Shown here piece by piece: positions 13,310-27,183 of a stretch of 64,000 bases of DNA. Source of the stretch: Octopus vulgaris (lineage: Eukaryota). How positions within the stretch are numbered: the stretch's first letter is position 1; every line of letters starts with the position of its first letter. The stretch lies in the NCBI GenBank assembly GCA_951406725.2, contig OX597840.1:14818001-14882000 (forward strand). The letters are read 5' to 3'. The position numbers and the translations under genes are program-made. The notes beneath the pieces were generated by a model. That model did no database searches. It had not been told where the DNA came from and saw only the letters and a list, made by a program, of their open reading frames with translations.

Positions 13310-13490
13310 TCAACATTTAATGTCCGATTTTTATGCAGGCATAGGTCGGATGGCTTGACAGAAACTGGCATGGCCAGGGACTGCACCAGGTTCCATAATC
13401 TGTTTTGTCTTGGTTTATATAGCTGGATGCCCTTCCTAATGCTGACCGCTCCACAGAATGTACTGAGTACTTTTTACATGGCACCTTAGT
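13310..13490 (-). mobile_element. RTE-tailed SINE/LINE 3' end
   Basis: catttaatgtccgatttttatgc...gctggatgcccttcctaatgc; related pieces at 7615-7720, 16635-16685, 62470-62606 and 63305-63447, usually next to (CAT)n. Confidence 0.6.
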
Positions 13491-14042
13491 TTTAGGATCT
13501 CAATTCTGTTATGGTGGGCAGGTTTTCTCAAGTACAGCACTGTGCCACATATCTCAGTCCACTGTCGTCTCCTTTATAAGATTCAGCGTTTTGAGATTGG
13601 TCTTCGATAAAGTTGCTGATTTTGGCGTAAGGCCAGCTATTGTGAGAGGTGGGGGCCTAAAGATACCATCTTACTTAATACTTGATTGGTCCTTTCTTTT
13701 AGCAACACCCAGGGGGATAAAAGGCAGTGATCCAAGCTGGACATGAACTCAGAGATCATTTGGCAGAATTTCAAATCAAGATATAAAAAGCTTTAAGAAA
13801 TGCTGTTCAGCATTTTGTCCCGTGTGCTAATGACTCTGCCAACACAAGCTCGAATATTTGCTGGAGGGGTACGATTGGTTAGGTGGACCCCAGTATGTGA
13901 CTGGTACTTCATTTTATTTTATTGATTCTGGGTGGATGAAAGACAAAGGTGAACATTGATGGAAATTAATATGACAGTGATAACTGAGGGGAGAAAATAG
14001 CAATGATGATGATAACGATGATGATGATGATGATGATTATAA

Positions 14043-14252
14043 ATCCTTTCTACTATAAGCTGAAGGCCTGAAATTTTAGTGGAAGGGATAGTCGATTACA
14101 TCAACCCCAGTAGTCTTGACTGTTATCAATGCCAAAAGGATGAAAGGCAAAGTTGACCTCAGCAGAATTTAAACTCTGGCTGTAAAGATGGACTGAAGGC
14201 TGCTAAGCATTTTTGCCTGGCATGCTAATAATTCTGCCAGCTCTCCACCTTA
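14043..14252 (-). mobile_element. SINE family A
   Basis: Reverse complement of family A; abuts (TAA)n. Confidence 0.8.
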
Positions 14253-14279
14253 AATAATAATAATAATAATAATAATAAT

Positions 14280-14830
14280 GTAACAATTCTGTGGGACTTT
14301 CCAGTACATACAGACCGAACCATCAAAGCCAATAAACCAGATATTGTTGTGAAAGACAAAAACAATTAAGTTTGCTTATTGATCGACATGAGCATCCCCT
14401 GTGATCATAATATCTCGGCGAAAGAGTTTGACAAGCTCAGGAAATATAAAGACCTGCTCATTGAAATTGAGAAAATGTGGCATCTCAAGGCGGTTACAAT
14501 ACCAGTGATCATAGGAGCACTAGGAATGATCAAGAAGGGAACCGAAAATTATATGAGAATGATCCCTGGCTTACCATCCCTGCAAGAAGTGCAAAAGATT
14601 GTCTTAACTGGTACATCACACGTATTGAGAAGAGCATTGTCGCTGTGAGAGCTGTTACTGCCCATGTATTTTAATTTAACCTTAAAAAAGAAAAACAAAA
14701 GAAAATGAACGAACTATTGAGTTTGGTTTAATGGCCTACCAATGTATACTATGAGTTTCTTTGCCCTAGGAGTCGGGAAGACGCTCGGCAAGAAATGGAA
14801 GCAAATTTGAAAGAAGAAGAAAAAAAAAAA
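14280..14830 (+). mobile_element. R4/Dong-like LINE 3' fragment with PD-(D/E)xK endonuclease, 3' UTR and A-rich tail
   Basis: VTILWDFPVHTDRTIKANKPDIVVKDKNN*VCLLIDMSIPCDHNISAKEFDKLRKYKDL...VTIPVIIGALG...QKIVLTGTSHVLRRAL*; (TAA)n on both sides. Confidence 0.9.
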
Positions 14831-15409
14831 ATAATAATAATAATAATAATGATGATGATAAGAAGAAGAAACAATGATGTTGATGATGATGATGTTGATG
14901 AAATCAAAGCCAATGGTGTGATAATGAGACTGATGATGTGGATGATGATTGTAATGTTGGTCATGATAATGATGAGGATGATGATGACTATGTTACAGAA
15001 GTGGTGGTGGTGATGGTGGTGGGGGTGGTAGCAGCAGCAGCAGTAGTGGTGGTGTTGTTGTTGTTGTTGTTTTGTTGTTGTTGTTGTTGTTGTTGATGGT
15101 GGTTGTTGTTGTTGGTGATGGTGTTGGTGGTGATGTTGCTGCTAGACTCAATGGTGCAGTTAAAGAGCAGGCACAACTGTGAAATTAACTGGTCACCTAG
15201 AAATTAGGCTGTTAAAGACGGTGTGGAGTGGATTGGTGGTGGTGGTGGGCATTCTAGTTTGTGTGGGTATGTTATAGAGATGTCAAGTGGGGAGGCTTGA
15301 TGAGTGGAGTGGGGTGGGTCGTCCTTATGTGTGGTGTGGATATAGGTGGATATTTTTCAGAGATGTGGTGTAGTGGGTGTTGGGGGTGGTCATCTATATC
15401 ACGTGGCGC

Positions 15410-15515
15410 TTAAGTATTTCGTTCATAAACACACACATCGCCCAGTCTGAGATTTGAACCCATGATCCCTCGACCATGAGTCCACTGTTCTAACCACTAG
15501 ACCATGTGACTCCAC
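15410..15515 (-). mobile_element. SINE family C head fragment
   Basis: Matches 1530-1634. Confidence 0.75.
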
Positions 15516-15650
15516 CTGTGTGGATATGGGGGAGTGACATTTTTTCAGAGATGTGTAGTTGATGTGGGTTGGGGGAGGCTCATCTGTATATGACCTTATT
15601 TGTATGAGAGTATAGATATCAATGTATGTGTGTTCATATACAAGTGTATA

Positions 15651-15862
15651 TCCTTTTCTATTGTAGGCCCCAGGCCTGAAATTTCGTGGAAGGGGGCCAG
15701 TCAATTAGATCGACTCCAGAACGCAACTGGTTATTTATCGACCCCGAAAGGATGAAAGGCAAAGTCGACCTTGGCAGAATTTGAACTCAGAACGTAATGG
15801 CAGATGAAATACCACTAAGCATTTCACCCTGTGTGCTCTCCTTTCTGCCAGCTCTCCACCTT
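15651..15862 (-). mobile_element. SINE family A
   Basis: Reverse complement of family A; flanking direct repeat atacaagtgtata. Confidence 0.85.
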
Positions 15863-17454
15863 AATACAAGTGTATATTAATATGTAAATATATTTGAATG
15901 AGAAAAGAACTCTTGACCATCTTGTGACTTCCACAAGACCTTCAGAAGACCCATGACCCCTATGTGGTTGATGTTCAGCCCAGAGTTCCATGAGCTGATA
16001 ACTGCTATTGTTGGTGTTGTTGCTGCTGCAATTGTTTAGCCCCAGGTCAGCAATGAGCCAGAAGATCCATAACAAAATGTATTCCAGCCATAACATTCCC
16101 ATCTGAGTACTGTGAACCCTATTACCCTAGACATCATTTTCCTACCCACAGTGACCCCTTGACTCTATAAGTGATGGTAAGGCAGGATTAAATGTATTCA
16201 AGCAGATCACTGAATGAGTGAAGTGTTAATGTACTCTTAGATAGACATAGAATACAAGAAAACTGGATGGTTCAGACACAAATAAGTTAAGAGTGGTTGT
16301 TCATGACTGGATTGCCTTTGATGAGAAGTCTACTAAAAATAATAACCAAGTGTCCCTCACATGACACTCTAAAAGATTTGGTTCAGTTGCATATAATTTT
16401 GATAATTCCATCTTGGTAGTACCAGAAAGATTTCAACCTGTGGCCAGCAGGGTGCAGTTAGGAGTTTTAGGTATAAGAAGTGACCCTAGAATATTACAGG
16501 TATTTAACTGAGGTAATGAGTGAGGTTCGGTGTGATTATTTGACTTGTGAAAAATAGCAGCTAGATCTTCCTCAAATAATGGTCCAGTTGTCTTCAGAAT
16601 ATAAGATCACTTTAATTCAGCTTACCAGTTTTCAGTCAAGCTGTCCAACCCATGCCAGCATAGAAAACAGACGTTAAATGATGATTTTAGGTAACATGGT
16701 TTATAATAGTATTTTAACCTCAATATCCCAACTTTTCATGCTTTATTCCTTTGAATCTGTGTGACTTATCCTTAATCCTTTTATGTATTTCTTTATTCAT
16801 TATCGTGGTTTTTATAAAGTAATAAATCAAAGGATTTGTTACTTTATACTTATTTCAGTATAAGAGAGTTTCTGCTACATTCTTTCAATCAAGCCATTTA
16901 GGGGTTGTTTCCTTTGTACAATCTAACGGCCAGAGATTTTTTTCCTTCCCATGGGTGGTGGTTGCTTTTTTTTTTTTCCTATTTGTAATTGATAGAGTTA
17001 CAGGCTTCAGACTTTGACAGCTGAAGAAGTGTGGTTTGTTGTATGTCCTGTTTTTGTTACCAGCTTTGACCTTCCACAAATCCCAAATTTCATTTTGGTT
17101 CACGGGAGCAACTGCCTTCAAAGTCTTATGTTGTTGTTCATTGCTCAAAATAAGGAGTAGAAGGACAGCCGACAACTGATGAAGGGTCGTTTTTATGTTA
17201 CTTGTCTTGTTTTCCATTTGCTCTCTCATTCTTTGTGTACCCAACTTTATTTTTGTATTTCATGCTGTTTATGTTTTATGACGTCCTGTACCCATATATG
17301 CGTACCTATATACATATATATGTATGTACATATATGTATGTATATATCCATATATATATATATATATAATCATTATTATTATTAGACTAAATGCTACGCA
17401 TCCAAGTAAGTTTATCTTTATATATATATATATATATATATATATCATTTTATT

Positions 17455-17790
17455 TTTTTATTGGTTTCAGTCATTTGACTAAGGCCATGCTGGAGCACCA
17501 CATCTAGTTCTTTGTAAGCCTATCAGTCTCTTTTGCTGAACCACTAAGTCATGGGGACGTAAACACACCAGCAACGGTTAAGTGATGTTGGGGGGACAAA
17601 CACAGACACACAAACATATGCACACAGATACATATATATATGCATATATACGATGGGCTTCTTTTAGTTTCTGCCTACCAAATCCACTCACAAGGCTTTG
17701 GTTGGCCCGTGCCCAAGGTGCCACGCAGTGGGACTGAGCCCGGAACCATGTGGTTGGTAAGCAAGCTACTTACCCACAGCCATTCCTACG
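17455..17790 (-). mobile_element. SINE family B
   Basis: Reverse complement of family B, both halves. Confidence 0.8.
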
Positions 17791-17895
17791 CTTATATATT
17801 GACTATATTAAAAATAGGGATATATATACTAATAGCATTACCTTTAATGCTATAATTATATACTGCCTTTTATGGCAGTATAAAGATAGACAGAC

Positions 17896-17945
<50 letters not shown>

Positions 17946-18429
17946 TGAGAGAGAGAGAGATCTATACATACATACATACATACATGCATACATACATACA
18001 CATAGAATGAAAGATACATAGACAGAAACACACACACACTCATTATCTTTTGTAAAGCTGAAAAGGTTCAGGTTTAAGATAACTACATTTTCATCTTTAG
18101 AATTATCAAGTAGTAGTAGTAGTAGTAGTAGTCAATGGAAGTGTTTGAAACTGTTTTGCATGTAAATAAGCAAGGTATAGATGGAGAGAGAAAGAAAGAA
18201 AGAAAAGAAGAAAGAAATTAGGAGTAAAATGTGAAAGGTTTATCTAGAAGAAATCGAATGGGTTGATGAAAGGGAGAGTGAATGGAAAATGTTTCGAGGA
18301 ACACAATCTGCTGAAATTTTGAGGAAACAATCAGGTTGGAAGAAGTAAGATAAAGTTAAAATATGCTGTGTTTCTATATCTTACACCATACACATATAAA
18401 CACATATATGTGTGTGTATACATATTATC

Positions 18430-18650
18430 TCCCCTTTTCCCTAGCTCTCCTGTCCAGCATTCGCCATTATAGATCGCTAGCCACTACACATTCTTTATTT
18501 TCCCTCCTTGTTTCTCTCTGTGTTCCTTTCTGTGGAAGAGCATAGGCTTGAAACATTAAAGACTTTTTCACTTCCCGATTGTTATACTAATACATCTGTT
18601 TGTTGTCTATACCACCTGTCTTTGTCTTTTGTTTTTCTTTGTGAATTCTC

Positions 18651-18655
<5 letters not shown>
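18430..18655 (+). mobile_element. Short (TA)n-embedded element with a hammerhead-like variant core
   Basis: cttt-ctgtggaa-gagc-atag-gctt-GAAA-cat-t-aaag at ~18526-18561; ends gtgaattctcccc(TA)n. Confidence 0.35.
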
Positions 18656-18693
<38 letters not shown>

Positions 18694-18759
18694 TAGATAG
18701 ATAGATACAGATAGATAGATGGATGGATGAATAATTTGTCAGTGTTCCCTTCATCATAA

Positions 18760-19097
18760 ACACAGTCATCACATTTGGCTAAAATGTCTGAATGATGTGT
18801 TTTGTTTCTCTTTTTTCCCCCGACAAGAAGATCGCATTGTTTTACATCATTTTATTCCCTCTGGAGTAATATCAATGTTTTCTTCGAAACATATGTCGGA
18901 AGAATAAAGATTTGAATAGCACCTGTGTTTAACTCCATTTCCTTATTTATCTGTTATACATAAACATTTCACTAAACCCTGGAATTTCTAACTTTATGAG
19001 TAGGCTGTAACATCCTTGGTACTTATGTGAATTTTTTGCTACCCTAGTAACTATTTATTTATTTTTCCGTGTTATTTGTACACATTGAGAAAATACA
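18760..19097 (+). mobile_element. PLE-like short element with decayed HHR, diverged relative of 50467 and 51271
   Basis: ttttcc-CCGACAA-gaagatcgcatt...aatgttttcttc-GAAA-catatg-TC-ggaagaataaag; the tail shares aactccatt...ttattt and gtgaattttttgctaccc. Confidence 0.65.
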
Positions 19098-19147
19098 TAT
19101 ACATACATACATACATGCAAGAGTTAAGGAATGGAGCAGATAAAATC

Positions 19148-19240
19148 CAGGCTACATATGTTTTATAGTGAGCGGAAACTCGAAAGAAGTAAATATCCAA
19201 GCTAGGTGTATACACCGCAGGCCACACTCTTCAGGCAGAC
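19148..19240 (-). ncRNA. Decayed type-I hammerhead motif, minus strand
   Basis: Minus strand: gc-CTGAAGA-gtgtgg...ctcactat-AAAA (for GAAA)-catatg-TA-gc. Confidence 0.55.
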
Positions 19241-19300
19241 CAAGGGGGTCTTGATTATAATGACATGAACTTCATATAATCAAGGTACCCTTGATTTTTA

Positions 19301-20058
19301 TAATAAAAAGAGAACAAATTTCAAAAGTCAGAATTCATTTTATCAGTAGATTTCTCAACATCGGAATACTTCATAAAAATAGATGTAAATATAAATATGT
19401 AGATACAATATAAAATATAAAACATAAATATACTCGCATGACATTGTGTGAAATTGTATGTCCATGTTTGGAATCAATGAGAAAACCATAATACATGCAC
19501 AGTTAATATTGCATTTAAGGCAGTAAGCTGGCAGAAACGTTAGCACACTGGGCGAAAGCTTAGTGGTATTTCGTCTGTCTTTACATTCTGAGTTCAAATT
19601 CCGCGTTGGTCGATTTTGCCTTTCATCCTTTTGGGGTCAATAAATTAAGTACCAGTTGCATACTGGGGTCAATCTAATCAACTGCCCCACCTCCCCTAAA
19701 TTTCAGGCCTTGTGCATAAAGTAGAAAAGAATATTGCATTAATCAAAATTATCAAATGGATGAAAGACTGATTCAAAATGATTTTAAGAGGAATCCACTG
19801 ATAAATCCAGTGAATGCTCAAATTCTTACAGCCGTTTCAAGAACATGTGGTATGAAATGGGTGAAACATTTCCATCCATCTCAGTTATCCACATTTCTTT
19901 CTTCAGAGATGACTTAAGAGGATTTAAAAGATTTTTTTTTAATTTCTAAAAAATATATTTTCAAATTTTTTAAATTTCAAAATTTAAAAGTATTCTGATG
20001 TTGAGAAATCTACTGATGAAATGAATTCTGACTCCTGAAATTTCTTCTCTTTTTATTA
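19301..20058. mobile_element. MITE-like element with ~71-bp TIRs; contains a SINE A insertion (19517-19730)
   Basis: 19301-19371 is the reverse complement of 19988-20058; the SINE is flanked by the direct repeat aatattgcatt. Confidence 0.75.
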
Positions 20059-20171
20059 ATCGTTACATTTCATGTTGCTCTTATTCATTACAGCACTAAG
20101 TTATTGTTTTGTACAGGGAGTTATTCTCCTTTCTATCTGATTAGTTTTATATATATATATATATATATATA

Positions 20172-20480
20172 CTAGCAGCATCGCCCGGCGTTGCTCGGGT
20201 TTGTAAGGAAAACAGCTATATAAGCATTTTTAGAGAGTTACTTCCCTTATATAACCCGAGCAAAAATCATTAAAAATGCGGAAAAATGATGGTAAATTTT
20301 TTTTAAATCGTAGACTCATCGTAGACGCACGCTAATACCCAGAAGGGCTCGATATGAATCACAACTATAAAATACCACTTTTGGTTAAACTGCACCGCAA
20401 AATGTGGGAGTAGTTAGGAATCTAAATCGAAGTAGACAGACACACACACACACACACAACTTTAGTTTTATATATAAAGA
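20172..20480 (-). mobile_element. Non-autonomous Helitron
   Basis: Minus strand: 5' TC(t)ttatatataaaa, (TG)n/(TCTG), 3' hairpin cccgagcaacgccggg then CTAG; inserted in AT. Confidence 0.8.
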
Positions 20481-20534
20481 TATAGACACAAATATACATA
20501 CATATATAATGGGAAAACAAAGACGAAACCCATG

Positions 20535-20852
20535 AAGGCCTGTGACTTAGTAGTTAGGGCATTCAGCTTGTGATTGTAAGGTCATTTGTTCAATTTCCGG
20601 TGATGAATTTAGTCCTTGAGTAAGAAACTTTATTTCATGTTGCTTCAGTCCACTCAGCTGCCAAAAATGAGTAGTAGCTGTATTTCAAAGGACCGGTCTT
20701 GTTACACTCTGTGTCACGCTGAATCTCCCTGAGAACTAAGTTAAAGGTACACGTGTCTGTGCAGTGCTGAGCCGCTTGCACGTGAATTTCACGAGCAAGC
20801 TGTTCCATTGATCGTATCAACTGGGATGCTTATCGTCGTAATCAACAGTGCA
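20535..20852 (+). mobile_element. SINE family D (tRNA-derived head)
   Basis: gaaggc...ttagtagttagggcattc...gttcaatt...tccttgagtaag...gtccactcagctg; colinear with 31634-31956. Confidence 0.8.
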
Positions 20853-21822
20853 CTCCTATACACACACACACACATATATATAAGCAGCTACAAGAATATA
20901 TATATAGTGTAAGTATGCACATATGATAAAGCTTATTGTATCTCTCAATATCTATCTATATATATGCATGTATGTGTATATATATATATATATACTCCTA
21001 CATATATGCAGTCTTCCATATCTTAAACTGTCATCACCATTCCCACCGCCGCCACCGCCAGCACCACGGCAACAATAACTTTCGTCACCTCCAGTTGTGG
21101 CAAAGTTAATTTAATTATTGTCATAAGCAACTAACAACAATTTCCATTTCGATTGGATTATGAATTTTATTTCATACTAATCAAGTTAATAGAATTACTT
21201 TGCATATGTAATTACATTTGTGTGTACATGTGTGTGTATGTGTGTTTGTGCCTGTGCGTGTGCTTATCATTACACATATATACATATACGTATATATATA
21301 TATATATACATTTATATTTATATATATATACATACATATATATACATATATTTATATGTATATATATTGATGGATAGATAGATATCATATATATGTATGT
21401 ATACATACATGTATATACATACATATATGCATGCCTATATATATTAGTTTATATTATATGTATATATATATATATACACACGCACACAAATATATCTATG
21501 CATATATGTGTATATGCATGTCTGTTTCAGTGCATACATACATACACATACACGCACACATTACATACATAGACATACATTCATCATATATGCTCATATA
21601 TATATATACATATATATATATAGATGGATTATTAGATAGATAGATAGACATACCTACATACATAAATATATATATGCGTAAATATATAGTTAAGCTTATA
21701 TATATGTATGTTTATAGAGATGAATATATGCATGTTTGTATGCATAGATGTTATATCCTAGTGTGTTACATTGAAGCTATACATAGTTGTATATTGTGAG
21801 ATTATATTTATACACATAGGGA

Positions 21823-21864
<42 letters not shown>

Positions 21865-22241
21865 TAACTGCTGTTTTCTGTAATATAATATAAGGCCAAT
21901 TAATTTTCTCGACTTTATAGGTTATCAGGACTCTTTAGTTTTTACAGCACTAAGAAAAATGGAACGTACTTTTATTTATATGTTGGTGAGAGTATTATTC
22001 TTTGCAATTTATTTTCCTCATCTTTTCTGGGAATTCCAAGTCGTTTCAGGCTTTTTCTTTTAATGAAGCTCCACATGATTAAATTTTTAAAGAGTAGTCA
22101 CTGAAGGTGTTACAATGCTTGTGGTGTTTGCAGTGGCTCTCTGATACCAAGATGGTAGTGATAGTGGGGTTCAGAGCTGTTTTACTTTCTTGCTTGCTTA
22201 GACAATGACACCAAGCCAGCTCCTTTGTGTGTGTGTGTGTG

Positions 22242-22283
<42 letters not shown>

Positions 22284-22314
22284 TGTATTTATATATATAT
22301 ATACATGTGTGTGC

Positions 22315-22368
<54 letters not shown>

Positions 22369-22464
22369 ATGTGTATGTTTACATATGTAGATATATATAT
22401 ATGTGTGTGTGTGTATATATATACATACACACATATATATATATACATTATATATATATTAGCT

Positions 22465-23125
22465 TATTTTTTGTTTGTTTCACTCATTTGATTGCGGCCA
22501 TATTAGGCACCACCTTAAAGGGGAGTTAGTCAAACAAATCAACCCCGGAACTTATCACTTTGCAAACCCAGTACTCACTCTATCAGCTTCTTTTGCCAGA
22601 CTGCTAAGTCACAAGGAAATAAGGAAACCAACTTTGGTTAACAAGTGATGAGAGCAATACAGACACAAATACACACACATAGATATATACAAATATAAAT
22701 ACATACATATATTCTTTTATTATTTTATTTGTTTCAGTCATTTGACTGCGGCCATGCGACAGCAACACCTTTACTCAAACAAATCGACCCAGGACTTATT
22801 CTATGTAAGCCTAGTACTTATTCTGTCGGTCTGTTTTGCCAAACTGCTAACTTATGGGGAGGCAAACACACTGACATCATTTGCCAAGCGATGGTGGGGG
22901 ACAAGCAGAGACTCACACACAAATATATACATACATACATACATAAATACATATATATATATATATATATATGACAGGCTTGTTTTAGTTTCCATCTACC
23001 AAATACACTCACAAGGCTTTGGTCAGTGTGAGGCTAGAGTAGAAGACACTTGCCCAAGGTGCCACTCAGTGAGACTGAACCCAGAACCATGTTAATGGTA
23101 AGCAAGCTTCTTGCCCCACATCATC
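22465..23125 (-). mobile_element. SINE family B copies (a 3' half plus a full-length copy)
   Basis: Reverse complement of family B. Confidence 0.75.
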
Positions 23126-23659
<534 letters not shown>

Positions 23660-24196
23660 CTAGCAGAAATACCCGTCGTTGACTGGGTTCAGAAAGAATC
23701 TTCAAAATTATACCCTGATTTATGAAAATTACTGCTTCGATATTATTGAATATTTTGTAGTGGAATATCCGCAAGCTCTTATTGCCAGGTTTTGGCCCAA
23801 AAAGTTATATTTTACTAATGGGTCTGCTGATAGTCAGTCTCTTCAGCTCTTTATTTTTTCCTATGCTGAGATTTCTTAGGTAGTCCAAATCTGATTTTTA
23901 TTTTCAGAGGCATTGTAGTAGGGCAAATCTATCTATAAGACAGGGGACTTAACTCATGTTAGCAAACTTACGGATTTCACTGATGTGAAAATTGGTAAAA
24001 GTTATGGTTGAAAAGCTATTTTTATCGCTATCCGGGGGTGCCTCGGGAAAAATAAGTTGACAAAAGCACAGCCATGGTCGTGACCAATGTCCTCTTAAAT
24101 TTGGAGTGACATGTGTGCTAATTTGTGGATGTGCATAAAGTACATTCACGTACACACGCACACACACACAGATACACACATCCTGCCTTTTATAGA
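23660..24196 (-). mobile_element. Non-autonomous Helitron
   Basis: Plus strand begins a|CTAGcagaaatacccgtcgttgactggg (3' CTAG plus hairpin) and ends cacacacatcctgccttttataGA|t (5' TC). Confidence 0.8.
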
Positions 24197-24229
<33 letters not shown>

Positions 24230-24244
24230 ACATATATTTTGTTC

Positions 24245-24635
24245 ATCTTTGTTTTACTTGTTTCAGTTTTTTCCAACTTTGACAGAGTTTAGGCACCACC
24301 TTGAAGAATTCTAGTCAAACGAATTGACCCCACGACTTTTTCTTCATCCTGGTACTTATTTTATTAGTCTCTTATCCTGAACTGCTAAATTACAGGAACA
24401 TAAATACACCAACACTGGTTGTCAAATAGTGGCGGGACACGAACACAGACACAAAGACACTTACACACACACACATACACACAACAGGCTTCTTTCAGTT
24501 TCTGTTTATGAAATCCTCTCACAAGAATTTGGTTGGCTTGAGGCTAGAGAATGACACTTGCTCAAGGTGCTATACAGCTAGATTGAACCCCATGTGTTTG
24601 AAAAGCAAGCTTCTCACCAAATGGCAACAACTGTG
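24245..24635 (-). mobile_element. SINE family B
   Basis: Reverse complement of family B, diverged. Confidence 0.7.
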
Positions 24636-24678
<43 letters not shown>

Positions 24679-24854
24679 AAGCACTTGGCTCAGTGGTTAA
24701 GGCGTTGTATTCATGATTGTGATCATTTCCTCATCTGATATGTGGCACCTGTTGCACCTGTACAGGTAATGTCAATTTGATGGAAGGAATAAGCTTGTGT
24801 ACACAAATATTTGATCACTGTAAACAAATCATTCTTCACCAGTCATTTACCATA

Positions 24855-25420
24855 TTTTTTCTACTCTATGTACAAGGCTTGAAATCTTTTGGGAGGGGGC
24901 CAGTTGATTAGATTGACCCCAGTAAACAACTGGTACTTAATCTATTGACGCCAAAAGCATGAAAAGCAAAGTCAATCTCCACGGAAATTGAACTCAGAAT
25001 GTAAAGACAGACGAAAAAATATTCCTTTCTACTCTAGGCACATGGCCCAAAATTTTGGGGGAGGAGGCCAGTCAATTACATTGAACTCAGTATACAACTG
25101 GTACTTCATTTATTGACCCCAAAATGATAAAAGGCAAAGTGAAGCTTGATGGAATTTGAACTCGGAAATTAAAGACAGACAAAATACCTATTTCTTTACT
25201 ACCCACAAGGGGCTAAACACAGAGGAGACAAACAAGGACAGACGAAGTGATTAAGTCGAATACATCAACCCCAGTGCATAACTGGTACTTAATTTATCAA
25301 CCCTGAAAGGATGAAAGGCAAAGTCAACCTTGGCGGAATTTGAACTCAGAACGTAACAGCAGATGAAATACAGCTACGCATTTCGCCCGGCATGCTAACC
25401 TTTCTGCCAGCTCCCTTACT
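24855..25420 (-). mobile_element. Tandem array of three SINE A units
   Basis: caactggtactt...aaggcaaagt...ttgaactc...gacagac repeated three times. Confidence 0.8.
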
Positions 25421-26781
25421 TCAATTGTTTACCATATTGTTCACTGACCATTTGCCATATTTTTCCCCAAGTGTTTACCATAATGTTCATGAACTGTTAT
25501 AATATCAAATTAAATTATAGTAAAATAAACAGCTTTAGTGAACAACAGCAATGTTGGTGACAATATTTATAAACTAAACAGCATAAACAGCCTTCAGCAG
25601 AAATATTAGATATCATATGAATAACAATAATAATATTTGCAGCAACAACAACAACAATAGCAAGAACAACTGGATAAAAAGCAAAAAACCAGAAAAATAT
25701 GAAAGAGAATATCAATTGCCTCGAGCAAAATGCTTTGACTGTAACATCAATTACAAGAAGAAGAACAACAACAACCTAGTCCGCCACTACCTCAACCATT
25801 ACCACCACCACAACCACTAAGAACTACAGCAAGTGCTGCAAACATCACTAGCTCAACAACCACCAACACCACCACCAGTGCAATCACAGTGGCCACCACC
25901 ACCGTCACCAACGTTAACGCCATCATGACAATCGTGGTCACCACCATCAACACTGTCTTGATCACCGCCGCCACCACCTCCTATTACTGCCCCCTCTCCT
26001 TCCACAACCCCCCTGCCACCCACCCCCTCAAAACTACAAAATCAATGCCATTGATTTGTTTTGGAGTGAATTATAATGAAATGATTGTAAAAACGCTTTT
26101 ATACTTTTGTATTGTTTCCTCTTAATAGTGTTTATATATATATGTAGTGTGTGTGTGTGTGTGTGCGCGTGTGTGTGTATGTATATGAGTAAGAGAAGAT
26201 GGGTATGGGTGTGTGCGGATGTGTGCAATTTCATGAATGATAGGATACACATATGGTTTTATGTGTGAATGATAGATCTTCTATGTGTGTGTGTGTGTGG
26301 ATGTATGCTTCTGTGTGTGTGTGTGTGTGTGTGTGTATTTGCATGGATGATAAGATGTGTGTCTGTATGGTTGTGTTAGTGCTTATGTATATGAGTAAGA
26401 GAGCATATGTATGGATGTGTGTGGGTGTGTGTATTTGCATGAATGAGAGAATGCATGTATGGTTTTATGTGTATGGAGGTGTGAATGAAAGATATTCTGT
26501 GTGGCTTATATATGTGTACATGTGTGTGTACATGTGTGTGCTGGCAATAATATAAGATGTTCCTCCTCTTCATGGTCATCAACCACCAGTTCTTAGAGTG
26601 TAGATGCCAGTTCTGGATTGTCTGGGAGATTAAAAAATTTTTCATACTGATTAAAAGAATCATGCTTTTGACACTAAACTTTCGTATGTCTTTCAAAAGA
26701 GCTTTGAAACAAAACTGTCCATACACACAAGCACACACACACACGTACACACAAGCACACACACAAGCACACACACACACA

Positions 26782-26822
<41 letters not shown>

Positions 26823-26934
26823 ACACACAAATGCACGCACACACACACACACACAAGTATAAAATGGAAACTAAGAATTTATATATTTGTTTCAAGAGTT
26901 TGACTAAGAAATGCAGAATCCTTCATCAATTCTT

Positions 26935-27132
26935 TAGTTGTTTTGGTCATTAGACTGTGGCCATGCTGGAGCACCACCCTGAAGAGTTTTTTGTTTTTTA
27001 AAGTCTGGTACTAATTCTATCAGTCTTTTTTGGTGAATCACTAAGTAACAGTGACATAAACTTACTAACACCAGCTGTTAAGCAATTGTGAGAAACAAGC
27101 ACAGACACAAACACACAAATATGCATATATAC

Positions 27133-27183
<51 letters not shown>

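Noticed and set aside
17015-17190. CTGAAGA (17021) and CTGATGA (17176) as hammerhead cores
   Set aside because: No downstream stem II-GAAA; a permuted type-II fold needs several changes
20012-20045. CTGATGA...GAAA inside a TIR
   Set aside because: No pairing stem II or stem III; explained as part of the MITE terminal repeat
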